A DNA stretch of 64,000 bases. Origin: Eledone cirrhosa (lineage: Eukaryota). The notes beneath the pieces are model-generated. The model saw only the letters and a list, made by a program, of their open reading frames with translations. It made no database searches and had not been told where the DNA came from. This document shows, piece after piece, positions 1-13,442 of the stretch. The stretch covers positions 8,804,001-8,868,000 of the forward strand of contig OZ024755.1 in NCBI GenBank assembly GCA_964016885.1, read 5' to 3'. The position numbers and the translations under genes were made by a program. Within the stretch, counting starts at the first letter, position 1; each line of letters opens with the position of its first letter.

Positions 1-49
<49 letters not shown>

Positions 50-52
50 GAT
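1..52. repeat. (AG)n microsatellite
   Basis: Directly visible dinucleotide run; representative of many (AG/TC)n, (TA)n, (CA/TG)n and (GATA)n tracts across the window. Confidence 0.98.
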
Positions 53-168
53 AGATAGAAGTAGTTCCACAACAGTTAGTTCACCATACTGAGAACAAAT
101 GTTTCACCTTATGCGCGCATTTATATATTCATATATGTATATATGTATATATGTGTATATGTATATAA

Positions 169-229
<61 letters not shown>

Positions 230-248
230 GCACATAAATAACAAAAAC

Positions 249-289
<41 letters not shown>

Positions 290-419
290 CTTGTGTATAT
301 AGGTAGCTATGGTGCTTCCATAGGCGGTATGCCAAAATTAGCACTCAATATTCATAGAGTAGAGTGTGGATAGTATAAAAAAACGAAAAATCAGTGATGC
401 ATCTGAACCCAGTTTATTG

Positions 420-459
420 CGTGTTACAATTGTTTCGCCGGCAGGTAGCTCGAGACATG
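420..459 (-). ncRNA. Hammerhead-like motif with 2-nt core deletion (mirror copy)
   Basis: Reverse complement of 609-648, with the same CUCGA core. Confidence 0.4.
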
Positions 460-608
460 ATCACTGTATGGATCTGGGTGATTCTACGGCTGCAGGTTCT
501 TTTGGACACGGGTTGTCCGTTCGGAGCAAATTTTCTCACTCGGTGAGAACATTTTCTCACTGAGTGAGAAACCTGCAGCCGTAGAGTCAGCCAGATCCAT
601 GCAATGAT

Positions 609-648
609 CATGTCTCGAGCTACCTGCCGGCGAAACAATTGTAACACG
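609..648 (+). ncRNA. Hammerhead-like motif with 2-nt core deletion
   Basis: CAUGU-CUCGA-GCU(ACCUGCC)GGC-GAAA-CAAUUG-UA-ACACG: palindromic stem III ACAAUUGU, GUA triplet, imperfect stem I. The core reads CUCGA instead of CUGAnGA. Confidence 0.4.
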
Positions 649-693
649 CAATAAACCGGATTCAGATGCATCACTGATTTTTCGTTTTTTTTA

Positions 694-800
<107 letters not shown>

Positions 801-1419
801 TGTATGTATAAACTTTCCACCGAAGTTAACAAAGGACTTAATAGATCTACATAGCAAAATAATAAAATTAAATTGTTATAGAATAACAACTACAAGTCAA
901 GTGATTCTTTTCCTTTTTTCAAATATATATATATATTTATATAATTAAATATTTGTGGTTTACCTTAAATTTCGTATGTATACCGTTTTTATCCATTATT
1001 ATGCGTTCATATCAATTTACATTATTCGGTTGAATAATTGATAAGGTCTATGAACCATTTTCATTAGGACTTATAGTTGCTTTTTTTATATTTTAAGACC
1101 TAATTAATTGATGTTAGCACTTTAACTATTTTAGTGTTAATGTGTGTGTTTTGTCTTCTGTGCGAAGATTACACTTGGAAAGGGATTAAAACAATCAAAC
1201 AAAGCTGTATTTAAATAAATTACTGACGTTCTACTTGTCTTTTCTTATACCTCTATGGTTTACTAAAACTATATGTTAACTGTCACTATATGTGTAAAAT
1301 GTTGACGTAGCATAGGCAAATAGGGAAGAAATTCACTTTGAAATTATGTTTTCCCCGGTTTGAATGTTATTTACCATAGCCTTGGGTTTATACTTAGCCT
1401 GTGGGTGAAATTCAGCAAC

Positions 1420-1630
1420 ATCAAACTGTTAGAAAGTTCGTCAGATACTCTGTATCTGTAATTCTACGGGTGAGCCCTGACATAGACTATGTCATGCTGA
1501 ATCTGCCGGGGAATTACATTAAGGACATATGTGGCTGCCGAACGCCTAACTCCTATTATGTTAATTCCATGAGCTGGTTATTCCGTTGATTGAACACTCG
1601 AAACACTCATCGTTGAAGTCGATGAAGATC
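1420..1630 (+). mobile_element. Decayed 3' part of SINE family B
   Basis: Patchy similarity to the reverse complement of 61900-62100 and 8060-8200. Confidence 0.4.
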
Positions 1631-2447
1631 CATTCCTATTCCTACACGTGTAAACAAATAACTGGGAGAAGGATGTGCACATTGTAGGGCTAGCTTAAAG
1701 AGCTAAACACTCAAGCATTGGCTCTGCATCTTCTTGGATAAGAACTCCTAAAATGTGTATTTACCCGAGTTATAGTTTTATCGAAGGTATCACAATTGTT
1801 TTCACTGTTCACATAGGCAGTATAGATATTTGAGAAGATGAAATGAAAGAAAATGTTCAGGGAATGTTGCCAACAGCCAGCAATATTTGGAAATGGTGAT
1901 GATAATTTGGGAGTGTTCTAACAACTATGAAAATAAAAATGATTTTATTTTTTGAAATTGAAAAAACACTTTCTTTCTATATCTATGTATGCATTGTTAA
2001 TTCCTTGTATATTTTCATATTTAAATCTTCCTTCTTTCATGTCAGTTTTATTCCTTTGGTTCACGTTGTTCTCAAGTATCTTGTGCCAAAGTATTATTCA
2101 TTGGGCTTTACGATTTTATTGGTATATTTTATGTAATTTGTATAAAGTTTCTCTTTATTTTAGGTTTGATGGCATCTCCGAAAGGAACTAAATATTTGGC
2201 GACTTCCTAGAAAGGAAAAATATTCCTTTTCTTCTTTCATAATAAAGATCATAGCTTCGGAAATAAACCACGTTAATAACCATACGTAGAATAAGCTTCA
2301 ATGTGAAGAAAGCGGATCTACAGCCAGAAAATATTGACAAAAGTCGTATCTTGGCACGACACGAGAATATCTCTGAAAAAGTACACGAAAAGAACATTTC
2401 AATTCGCTGGATGAAGGACTACAATCCCTGGTATTGTGAAGTCAACT

Positions 2448-2495
<48 letters not shown>

Positions 2496-2534
2496 AGAGG
2501 GAGAAAGAAAGAGAGAGGGGGGAAATGTAAATAG

Positions 2535-2584
<50 letters not shown>

Positions 2585-2699
2585 ACACACTGTCTTTCTC
2601 TATGTAAGTAGGTATATATATCTATATCTATATAAGTTTTATATATATATATATACACACACATATATATACACACATATATATATATATATATATTAT

Positions 2700-2769
<70 letters not shown>

Positions 2770-2824
2770 ACACATAAACAAAAACATTTTGTATCGATTT
2801 CGAGATATATTTGTTACTATTATA

Positions 2825-2876
<52 letters not shown>

Positions 2877-3069
2877 TTCCGACACGAACTTCTGGGTGTC
2901 TTAAGCCAATCAATGGCGGAGAAGCTAAGATTCGGACACACTTCACTTGTGTCCGTTAGCAAGTTTTATTGACAGCCGCATTGAATGATCGATGTATGGC
3001 TAACCTTATTGTTGTTGCTCTTATTGGTATTGTTGTTGCCTTTATTCACCTTTTTTTTTCTACTGCACT

Positions 3070-3520
<451 letters not shown>

Positions 3521-5396
3521 ATGTGTGTGTGCATGTATGTGTGTGTGTGTGCGTGCATGTGTGCCTGTGTGCCTGTGTGTTTGTGTGTGAGTGTAGTTAC
3601 GTATGTATTAAGATTATTTTCCTCTTTGTATAATTTATTGGTTTGATCGGAAATATTTCAACAAGACAATAACTGTTGCTATTCTGGCTGGTGGTGTAGA
3701 TGGGAGTGGTAATTGTTGTGATGATGGTGGTGGTGGTGGTGGTCGTCGTCGTCGTCGTCGTGATGGTGGTGGCAGTGCTGCTGGAATGAGGGGGCCAGTG
3801 ATGATATTAATAGGTGACATATTGATTTTGGTTTTGTTCGTGTGGTGCCTATGCTGGTCATTATGATGACAGTTTGGTAATAATCATTCTATTAGTGGCG
3901 TCGATTGTAGAGAGTATTGTAGGATGATGTGATGTTTTGGTCCTAGTTGTGTTTGTGGTCCTCATATTGATAAAGGTTTTGCTGCTACAGATGGAGATAA
4001 AAGTAAAGTCGGTGATTTCAGTTTTGATTCAGTTTCAGTTATTGTAAAACATAAAATACTTTGGTTTCATTTCGAACCACTAAACATTTAACACCACAGC
4101 AGGGTAAACGCAAAGCACTTGTCGCTCCCTATGTTTCTTATTTTTCTTTTTCTCTCTGGCATTTGACGGTCATAGTTATACATTCAAATATGTATATATG
4201 TTTGTGTCTGGATGTATGGGTATGTGTGTATATTTGGGCATGTATGTATGTATAAATGTACGTAGTTATATGCATTTATGTGAAGATACATTGCTTAGTG
4301 TTTAGAGTGTTGGGTTCACAAAGGTAAGGTTTTGTGTGTATGTGTGTTGTATGTGCGTTTATATGGTTTGTATATGTGTGTGTGTGTATCATAGAGAGAG
4401 ACAGGCACACAGAGAGAGAGAGAATATGTGTTTCGTTATTTTGTAATATTTGACGGAGCTATATTAGGAAAACGTTGTTTTTTTACTTAAAATCACATTG
4501 AATTGTAGGGAGGTCGAATTTCTGTTCAATATATTTCATCACAAAGCTTCAAAAATATCGCAAAAGCCAATTTAGAATGCGTTATATACACGTACATACA
4601 CAAAAAAACACATATAGACACACACAAACGCATACTTAAACGCAGACTGACAGAATCAGAGCTGAACAAACTCTCACAGAAGAATGCATACACACAAAGA
4701 CGTATTTGAGAGAGAGGGGTGAAGAGCTAGCTAGCTTCGTCAGGCATATATGTGAGTGAGGCAAGTGTGTGTGGCGTGTGTGTGTGCGAGGTTGTAGTTA
4801 AAATATACAACCATATGCATATATACGTATATACATACTTATAAACATTCATAATACAAACATATATAAATGCATACGCACATATATACGTACAAACATT
4901 GATACATATTATAAATATAGAAACATATATACATACATACGTACATATATACGTACAAACATAGATACATATTATACATATATACACATATATATACATA
5001 CATATTTGAATACTTTCAAGTCTTCTATTTTCCGGTAGTTTTACAATTAACATCACCAAACATTACTATTCTAAAGTGATATTTAATATATTTATTAAAT
5101 TGTTGTTATTGTTTGTATACTCGATTTTATTTTACCCGTTCTTCATTCTTTTTAAAAAGTCTGGCCATTATTTCATGTTAGCAACCATCTTGTGTATTAT
5201 ATACATTTATTAGGTGTTCATTAAAGCAATTATCATAACTGGTTGGAGGGCAACTGTTTTCTTTAGTAAATAACAAATCATTCTAAATTTAGTTAGTTCC
5301 ATTCTGAAGCACTTGAGAATAAGTTCATAGAATTATAATTATTGAAAGACTGCGAGGAATTGCGTATGCTTGTGTTTGTATATGTATATTTGTCTG

Positions 5397-5432
<36 letters not shown>

Positions 5433-5492
5433 ATGAGTTTAAAGCAAGCAAAAAGGAAGATACACACACATACACACACACACATATATATA

Positions 5493-5525
<33 letters not shown>

Positions 5526-5576
5526 GCAATGGTGCAACAACAACAAAAATCAGATCGATGAAGTAAGTACCAGATT

Positions 5577-5676
5577 TGAAAACCTTGCTCAAGGACATAA
5601 CACATCGCCCGTTCCGGGAATAGTACTCACAACCACGCGATTGTAAGCCCAACGCTCAAACTACGCAGCCATGCAC

Positions 5677-5680
<4 letters not shown>
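5577..5680 (-). mobile_element. tRNA-derived SINE family B, 5' part
   Basis: Reverse strand AAGGTGCATGGCTGCGTAGTTTGAG...GTGAGTACTATTCCCGG...TGTCCTTGAGCAAGG; matches 26959, 47866 and 60594. Confidence 0.75.
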
Positions 5681-5713
<33 letters not shown>

Positions 5714-5731
5714 GAGAGAGAGAGAGAAAGG

Positions 5732-5830
<99 letters not shown>

Positions 5831-6095
5831 TGGAAAAAGATATATCGAGAGACGCATAAATAGATGGATGGATAGATGGATGGATGGTTAGCTTGATAAA
5901 ACTATCTCTTCCATACAACTATAATTGCGGTGCATGAGTAAAGGAAAGAAAATATTATTGATTTCCGCAATGACTCTCCAACGTCTGGATTGATGCCAAT
6001 GTTTAAAAGATAACAGTGACTGGACCAGCAACATTTCTTTAAAAACCTTCTACTGCACTGCTTGGATTTTCATATAAAAACGATCCTGGTACACA

Positions 6096-6250
6096 TTAAC
6101 CCTTTCGTTACCACATTTCCAATGACAAACACTGCTTATCGGTCTTCAAACTATGATTAAAACAATCAAGAATGTGAAGCAGTTTAGTAAAATAATTCCC
6201 GTTATTATTAAACTTGGGTTTAGGACATAACTCAAAGGTTTTTAGATAAA
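6096..6250 (+). mobile_element. piggyBac-like MITE fragment
   Basis: Starts TTAA-CCCTTTCGTTAC; similar to 59580-59700 and 59743-60006. Confidence 0.45.
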
Positions 6251-6334
6251 TACAGGCACATTCTTCTATCTAGGTATATCTTTGTATATATATATATATA
6301 TATATATATAAATATATATGTATATATATATATA

Positions 6335-6423
6335 CAGGGTGTCCTACAAAATATATACACCATTCTAATAAATATTGCCTTTACAGGTAATGAAAGTGTC
6401 TATACATTTTTTGGGACACCCTA
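6335..6423. mobile_element. 89-bp Tc1/mariner-type MITE
   Basis: TA-CAGGGTGTCC...GGACACCCT(A)-TA terminal inverted repeats with TA flanks; second copy at 28663-28731. Confidence 0.75.
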
Positions 6424-6492
6424 TACACACACACATATTTATATATATATAATATATATATATATATATAATCATATATATATATATATATA

Positions 6493-6551
<59 letters not shown>

Positions 6552-6559
<8 letters not shown>

Positions 6560-6943
6560 ATGCTTTGGGAGGGTCATGTTGCCAATAGGAACCACACGAA
6601 CCAGTTGCTTTCACTTCAATTTATTATAAATTAAATTTATAAATTTCCGGTTAGCTGGTTGGTTCCACAACCAGACGATTGGTCATATATTGTCACTGAA
6701 GAGGTCACAGAATATGTGACGAAAGAACTTTGACAATATGTGAACAATCGTCTGCTTGTGGAACCAACCAGCCAACCGGAAATTTATAAATTCCTAAATT
6801 TATAAATTTAATTTATAATAAACTGAAGTGAAACAACTGGTGCGTGTGTTTCTTATTGGCAACATGACCCTCCCAAAGCATAACAATATCGGTTTCAACA
6901 CACGTTTTCAGATAAAGAATCTTGCTAAACAAATTCAGAAACG
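6552..6943. mobile_element. Fold-back insert in (TA)n with a hammerhead at the apex
   Basis: Arms 6552-6695 and 6731-6889 are reverse complements. The right side continues 54 bp to 6943. (TA)n on both sides. Confidence 0.85.
6683..6743 (+). ncRNA. Minimal type I hammerhead ribozyme
   Basis: Stem I UCAUAUAUUGUCA/UGACAAUAUGUGA; core CUGAAGA 6696-6702; extra G; stem II GUCACA(GAAUA)UGUGAC; GAAA 6721-6724; minimal stem III AG(AA)CU; predicted cleavage after CUU at 6730. Confidence 0.8.
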
Positions 6944-7436
6944 ATATATATATATATATATAACATGTATACAGGATATATATATCCATCATCAAGATTA
7001 TTAAAAACCGTTCCTAAACACACAACTGTACAGCTGTAATAACAAACAGTACACTCATTGATCTTGACATTTTCTTGAGTGCCAGCCAGACAGAGAGAAC
7101 TGAATTATATTTTTAATTAGTGCAGACGTAATTCCAAACTCCTCTTTCATCTTATTATCCGTATTTCTACTATGTTTACCCTTCGGTTATTTAACTAGAC
7201 AGAACAGTTTTAATAAACTATAATAGAATGATACAAAGAAAACAGGAATAACACCTGGGTAGTTCGATTAATAAACTCACCTCATTATCTTTGGTAATCA
7301 GTGACTAGCACTGATTTGTAGTCTTGCCAACAGATTTCATACGTGATGATTCAGTTAGCAGTAAGTCTTCTTGCCACTGAAAACCATATAAACACAGTAT
7401 AATTGTTTTTTTACATGGTGATGAGACTATCTAAAC

Positions 7437-7998
7437 CTGAGGTTCTGAAAGTCGGCGCTACCGCCTCGCTGAGGATGTTGAGGAAGTCCAAGGGGGGGAA
7501 CTGGAGCCTAATGGGGTGGTAGAGGTCATTAAAGATGATATAATAGTATGTTAAATATCAAATGATACATATTATCGTCAATCGATCGACTTTCGTCAAA
7601 TCGGACCGAGCGAACAATGTTTCCATTGGTCTTTCCAATTGCTAATACTATCTATCGGTCGCAACTCCAGGTAGAAGGAGCATCGTGAAATAAAGTTTCT
7701 TGCTCAAGGAGATAACGCATCAGCCGGTCCGGGAATCGAAATCACAACCTCACGATTGCGAATACAATTCTCTTACCACTCATCCACGCACCTTCACATA
7801 CATATTATATATAAATATATAGAAGTAAAATAAAAATATATATTTATTTATACATAATATATATTATTTTATTCATTATTTATAAATTAACGATTTATTT
7901 ATTATATATTTTATGCTTCATGTGTGGGCAGGTCTCTCTGGAAATAGGTGTAGGAGCGCTGATGGTATTATGTGACCGTAAAACTTTAAGAACCCCTG
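7437..7998. mobile_element. Decayed hAT (Charlie-like) non-autonomous element with nested SINE
   Basis: Left end CTGAGGTTCTGAAAGT; right end ACTTTAAGAACCCCTG (reverse complement CAGGGGTTCTTAAAGT). The 8-bp flanks ATCTAAAC/ACATAGAC partly match. Confidence 0.5.
7677..7796 (-). mobile_element. tRNA-derived SINE family B
   Basis: Reverse strand TGAAGGTGCGTGGATGAGTGGTAAG (A box)...GATTTCGATTCCCGG (B box)...CCTTGAGCAAGAAACTTTATTTCAC. Confidence 0.8.
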
Positions 7999-9142
7999 AC
8001 ATAGACTCTGATAGACTCAAACTGTGTAAATGAAATTGAATATGCCTATGTCAGTTTCGACGATAACTGTTACAGTTGTTCGATTAAAATAACAGCCTAC
8101 TCATGAAAGTAGTAAGTGGCTCAGCGATTCCACAGACACGTGATTTCTTGACCTAATTCTAAGGGAGATTCAACGTTACAAAACTGCTCTTTTAAGTTAC
8201 AGCTACGGATAATCCGACGCATTTCCCAACATATTCTAACTACCAAGTATTACTTTCCAGGCCAGGATCAATCCGAGGCTATGTTCAATGACAAGTTTCG
8301 AAGATGTCAAACAATGTGATCGAAATGAACTCCCTAATCATTCGCCTATGCCTGATCCATTCCATCACATTAGATATGTTATCTATCTTGTACACATTTT
8401 TCTTAGCTTTATTTTTTATAACCTGGTCGGGTCACAAGATTTTGCTTGAATTGTAGATGATTATCTCTCTTTAGAATTACATTAGACAGCAGGGCTAGCG
8501 GATTCTCATGAGATTTCGTTGTTGCAGTTGTTGTTACGACTCACCTTTGCGTAGGATTAGTCAACCAACCATTTCATCAGAGCTTTCTTTTGTATTTTTA
8601 ATAACAAGAGCCAGTCCTATCATGTTAGGAGTTTTATGTGGCTAGGTGCTTTACTTGGACTGTTACTTTATATATCCACTGCAGAAATATGAAAGTCAAA
8701 GGTTACCTTGGTGGAATTGACCTCAGATCATAGGTAACCAGAGAAAATAACATAAAGCTTTAACATGTTGTTCTAACATAAAGCTTTTACTATGTTGTTC
8801 TAACACTCTTCTACCTCACCAACAAGTATGACCTTTGGAAAATTCTGAATATTGCATTTGTAAAACAGGTTGACATATGTAACAATTGTAGGAGATTTAA
8901 AGAATATCATTTGCCTTCTAGCTAGAGTAGAATATAGAGGAATCCAAATTTTATACATTAGTTTATTTCTTTGTTCATATGTATAGATTGTGACTAGAAA
9001 GAATTAGTATTGATTAATACAGGACACGCTTCTCAGCTGCTCTCCAGAAACAATATGTAAAGAACATTGTATCGTTTAGTATATGGAAGTTAAATATATA
9101 CTGTTATATATGGTTACATTTTTTTAAATATTTATTCAAAGC

Positions 9143-9364
9143 AGGGCGGTGGATTGGCAGTATCCGTACAGCATCAGGCAACATGATTTGTGGCAAGGAG
9201 GTACAACCCTTTACGTTCTGAATTCATATCCCGCCGTGGATAGTATTGCCTTTCCTCCTTACAGAGTTGAGAAAATAAAGTACGAGTTACGCACTGGGCC
9301 TATTTAATCGTTTTTCCCCTCGCTTAAAATTGTAGTCCTTGTTCCTAAATAAGAAACCATAATT
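9143..9364 (+). mobile_element. tRNA-derived SINE family A, long (older) subfamily
   Basis: AGGGCGGTGGATTGGCAGTATC head, GCCTTTCCTCCTT...AAAATAAAGTAC body and AGAAACCATAATT tail; extra internal segment relative to the short subfamily. Confidence 0.8.
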
Positions 9365-10169
9365 TTAGTCAGGGAGGGATGTTTAACATCCATGAAGTCT
9401 TCATGTTCTTTTTAGACAGCTGTAGTTATGCTGGAGGTATATGGACGTTTAATACTGACTAAACTCAACAAAGAGCACACATATGAGAGTTGCGTGTGAT
9501 AAACCGGATGACAGGTTACAACAATCATCCAAGTAGACCACAATGAGATTTGAAATCAGAACGAACAGAACAAGCTGTAGCAAGTAACACATGATATCCG
9601 GTCGGGTATTCTAAGAATTCCATTACTGAGTAGTAATTTATTTTATCCACTGGGTACAGTGGAAAGAAGGAGTTGACAACAGCAGAATTTAAAAATAAAA
9701 CATATGGAGCCAGAGCAATTTTCTTACGACATATTCGCCTACATAAGTCCTCTTGTGTCATTTTGTACCATTGATAATATATATGGTTCGACGCTTGCTT
9801 TCGTTGATTTAACTATTTGACATTACGGATAGCAAACTTTTACGCTAAATTATTCCCCTGGATATTATTGTGGGTGCATAATTACATATCTATCATTCCT
9901 TCTCGCTAGTTCTATGTACACAATCTTATGCACATCTTATTTTCAACACCATTATAAATTATAGAAAGGATGAATGTAAACGAGAAAGATGAATGAATGG
10001 GTAAACAAAATCGATTGAAATTATTAAATATTACCCAGAAATAAATATACAGTAGTTCTATTAAAGGTATTCGATGAGATTGCTCAATATGAGAGATGTT
10101 AATCTAGATTCTTCTACAGTACTATTTGAATAGAATTCACACTATTCACATTTAAAATCTTCCTACAAA

Positions 10170-10360
10170 TAATTGTTTCTACTTTAGGCACAAGGCCAGC
10201 AATTACCCAGTACATTACTGGTACTTTATGTTATCGACTCCGTAAGGATGAAAGGCAAAGTTAACCTCGGCGGGATTTGAGCTCAGACTGTAAAGGGACG
10301 TAACTATGCTAGAAAGCATGGCGTCCAACCCTCTACCGATACTGCCAATTCACCGCCCTT
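10170..10360 (-). mobile_element. SINE family A, short young subfamily, with TSD
   Basis: Full-length reverse copy; direct repeat AATCTTCCTACAAATAAT at 10156-10173 and 10363-10380. Confidence 0.93.
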
Positions 10361-10772
10361 ACAATCTTCCTACAAATAATAATATAATAGTAGTGGCAAC
10401 GGACAGAGTGACCAAACAAAGATAATAGTCGCGGTGGTCATTGAAGATCTCCGCTTTTGTAGACTTCCTCGACCTTGCTCATGAATGAAAATAACAGTAA
10501 ATAGCTATGGCAATATAACAATAGGTAAAACACTTACAATCGCTCCACTAACCAATAATTTTTCCTCGACGCAAGATATAAGAAAAAGTTATCTAAACGT
10601 CCAGAAAAGAATGACTAAACAATCTTTACAATCGATCAGTTTACAACTTTTTTGTTTATTTATTTTCATCTATTTTTTTTATGCCATATTTCCTTCTTTC
10701 TTTCCTTCGTTCTTCATATTATTCTTGTAGTTTTCTTTCTCTTCACTTCTACTATTATTTATTCATTGCATT

Positions 10773-10964
10773 AGGGCGGTGGATTGGCAGTATCGGTAGA
10801 GGGTCGGACGCCATGCTTTCCAGCATAGTTACGTCCCTTTACAATCTGAGTTCAAATCCCGCCGAGGTTGACTTTGCCTTTCATCCTTACGGGGTCGATA
10901 AAATAAAGTACCAGTAATGCACTGGGTAATTGCTGGCCTTGTGCCTAAAGTAGAAACAATTATT
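10773..10964 (+). mobile_element. SINE family A, short young subfamily, with TSD
   Basis: A box, B box (GAGTTCAAATCCC), central CCGAGGTTGACTTTGCCTTTCATCCTT..GGGGTCGATAAAATAAAGTACCAG (Nin/Deu-like, from memory); TSD ATTATTTATTCATTGCATT at 10754-10772 and 10959-10977. Confidence 0.93.
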
Positions 10965-11102
10965 TATTCATTGCATTTTTTTTTCTGTATGTACTTAAAT
11001 ATCTTCTTTTTTCTCTACCTTTTCATTCGATTCTTATATATATTTATATATTTCTTTGCATCGTTTCTTCATCGCCTCCCTCTTCTTCTGTCTCTCCTTC
11101 AA

Positions 11103-11180
<78 letters not shown>

Positions 11181-11420
11181 AGTATACATACATATATATA
11201 TATATTTAGAGAGAGAGAGAGAGAGTGAGAGAGAGCCAGAGTGAAGAGCAGATAGTGGTGGTAAAGAGAGAATTATAGAACACACACATACACACACATA
11301 CACACACACATACACATATATATATATATATATTTATTTATTTATGTATTTACATATATATATATAACTCCATCTCTGTTTCTCTCTATTTATACTTCAC
11401 CCTAGCTCTTTTTCTTTCAT

Positions 11421-11452
<32 letters not shown>

Positions 11453-11489
11453 TTCTATTCTATTCATTTATTTTATTACAGTCCCACTA

Positions 11490-11730
11490 AACTACCTGAA
11501 TCGACTGTCCAACCGTCTAAAAGAAAAATTACGCTATGTCGGCCATGTTGATTGAAAGTTAGCAGCCGATACAATGGCTGGCGAAATAAGATTCGAATTT
11601 ATCGAATGACAACATCCAACAGAGATGAAGAACGTTCTTCATAATGAAGCTGAATTGGGAATAAGAAAGAGGGGAAGAAACGCTATGGTTAAAAGATAGA
11701 AAGAAACAGAACTACTAGACAAGGAGTTGT
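11490..11730 (+). mobile_element. Highly decayed RTE-like LINE ORF C-terminus
   Basis: Translated pieces LKEKLRYVGHV and VLHNEAELGIRKRGRN resemble the RTE C-terminal motifs KLRYFGHV and GxRxRGRP; interrupted by stops. Confidence 0.45.
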
Positions 11731-12031
11731 TTTAGAAATACGTATAAACATGTGTGTGTCTATCTGTGAAGGAAAAGGAGAGTATATATATATATATATA
11801 TGTTTGCATTTGAAGATGGAAAAGATAGACAGATAATTATGCCGGTTGATAGATAGTTAGTCATATATATATATATATATGACTAACTATCTTTATATAT
11901 ATATATATGAGAGAGCGCGGAGGAAGAGCGGGTACATAAAAGCGTGAATGATAAATAGAAAGATAGATACATAAACAGGTCGATAGACAGATAAATTGAC
12001 AGATAGTTAAATACTACATACATACATAGAT

Positions 12032-12112
<81 letters not shown>

Positions 12113-12474
12113 TTGATAGATACAGGGTGAGGCAGACAAAACAATAAATCCGATGATTCTCAAAGGTTAGGCAGAACAGAGAAGGGGCGGGGGGGCAACA
12201 AAGTATTCCCATCTGTATTGCTATAGAAGTACTTTAATATAGACTTTATTTCTTATGGTTAATGTTAGGAAACTAGTAGAGGCTATCTTTAGTTTCCATA
12301 GTTATTGAATTTCTACCTTCATTGCAATGCTTATGGTATTGCACTGATGTGCCCGAGCACATCTGCTAGACATTTCAAGTAGTTTACTTGTCTATATTGC
12401 AAACATGAACATTTTTTCACTTGAAACTATACAACCAAGCACGCACTCACACACACACACACACACATATATAT

Positions 12475-12582
<108 letters not shown>

Positions 12583-12623
12583 AGAGAGATACACGCACAT
12601 ATATATATAAATATATATATATA

Positions 12624-12700
<77 letters not shown>

Positions 12701-12716
12701 TCATATATATATATAC

Positions 12717-12753
<37 letters not shown>

Positions 12754-12755
12754 CC

Positions 12756-12928
<173 letters not shown>

Positions 12929-13023
12929 GTTTGTGAATAACGAAAATATCGACGTGAAGTAGCAGCTCTTTATATATACATTGTTAATATTTATATTATT
13001 ATAATTCATGTACTAAATATTTC

Positions 13024-13089
13024 ATGATCTGACGAAGTTTGCAGTTATTAACTCGTGATTGCAAAGGTATTAGCTTCTGTACCAATCAT
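13024..13089 (+). ncRNA. Decayed hammerhead candidate
   Basis: Stem I AUGAU/AUCAU, core CUGACGA, stem III GGUA/UACC. G12 and U16.1 are missing. Confidence 0.3.
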
Positions 13090-13097
13090 TATATATA

Positions 13098-13153
13098 TAA
13101 AGTACCAGTAATGTACTGGGTAATTGATGGTCTTGTGCCAAAAGTAGAAACAA

Positions 13154-13158
<5 letters not shown>
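13098..13158 (+). mobile_element. SINE family A 3' fragment
   Basis: AAAGTACCAGTAATGTACTGGGTAATTG..TGTGCCAAAAGTAGAAACAATTATT between TA tracts. Confidence 0.85.
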
Positions 13159-13232
<74 letters not shown>

Positions 13233-13233
13233 C

Positions 13234-13306
<73 letters not shown>

Positions 13307-13326
13307 ATTTTATAGAAGGAGCTACG

Positions 13327-13442
<116 letters not shown>

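Noticed and set aside
366-674. Overlapping 65-aa (+) and 86-aa (-) ORFs
   Set aside because: By-products of the palindromic insert; no recognisable protein.
8530-8585. Minus-strand CUGAUGA followed by a hairpin
   Set aside because: No proper GAAA, stem III or stem I.
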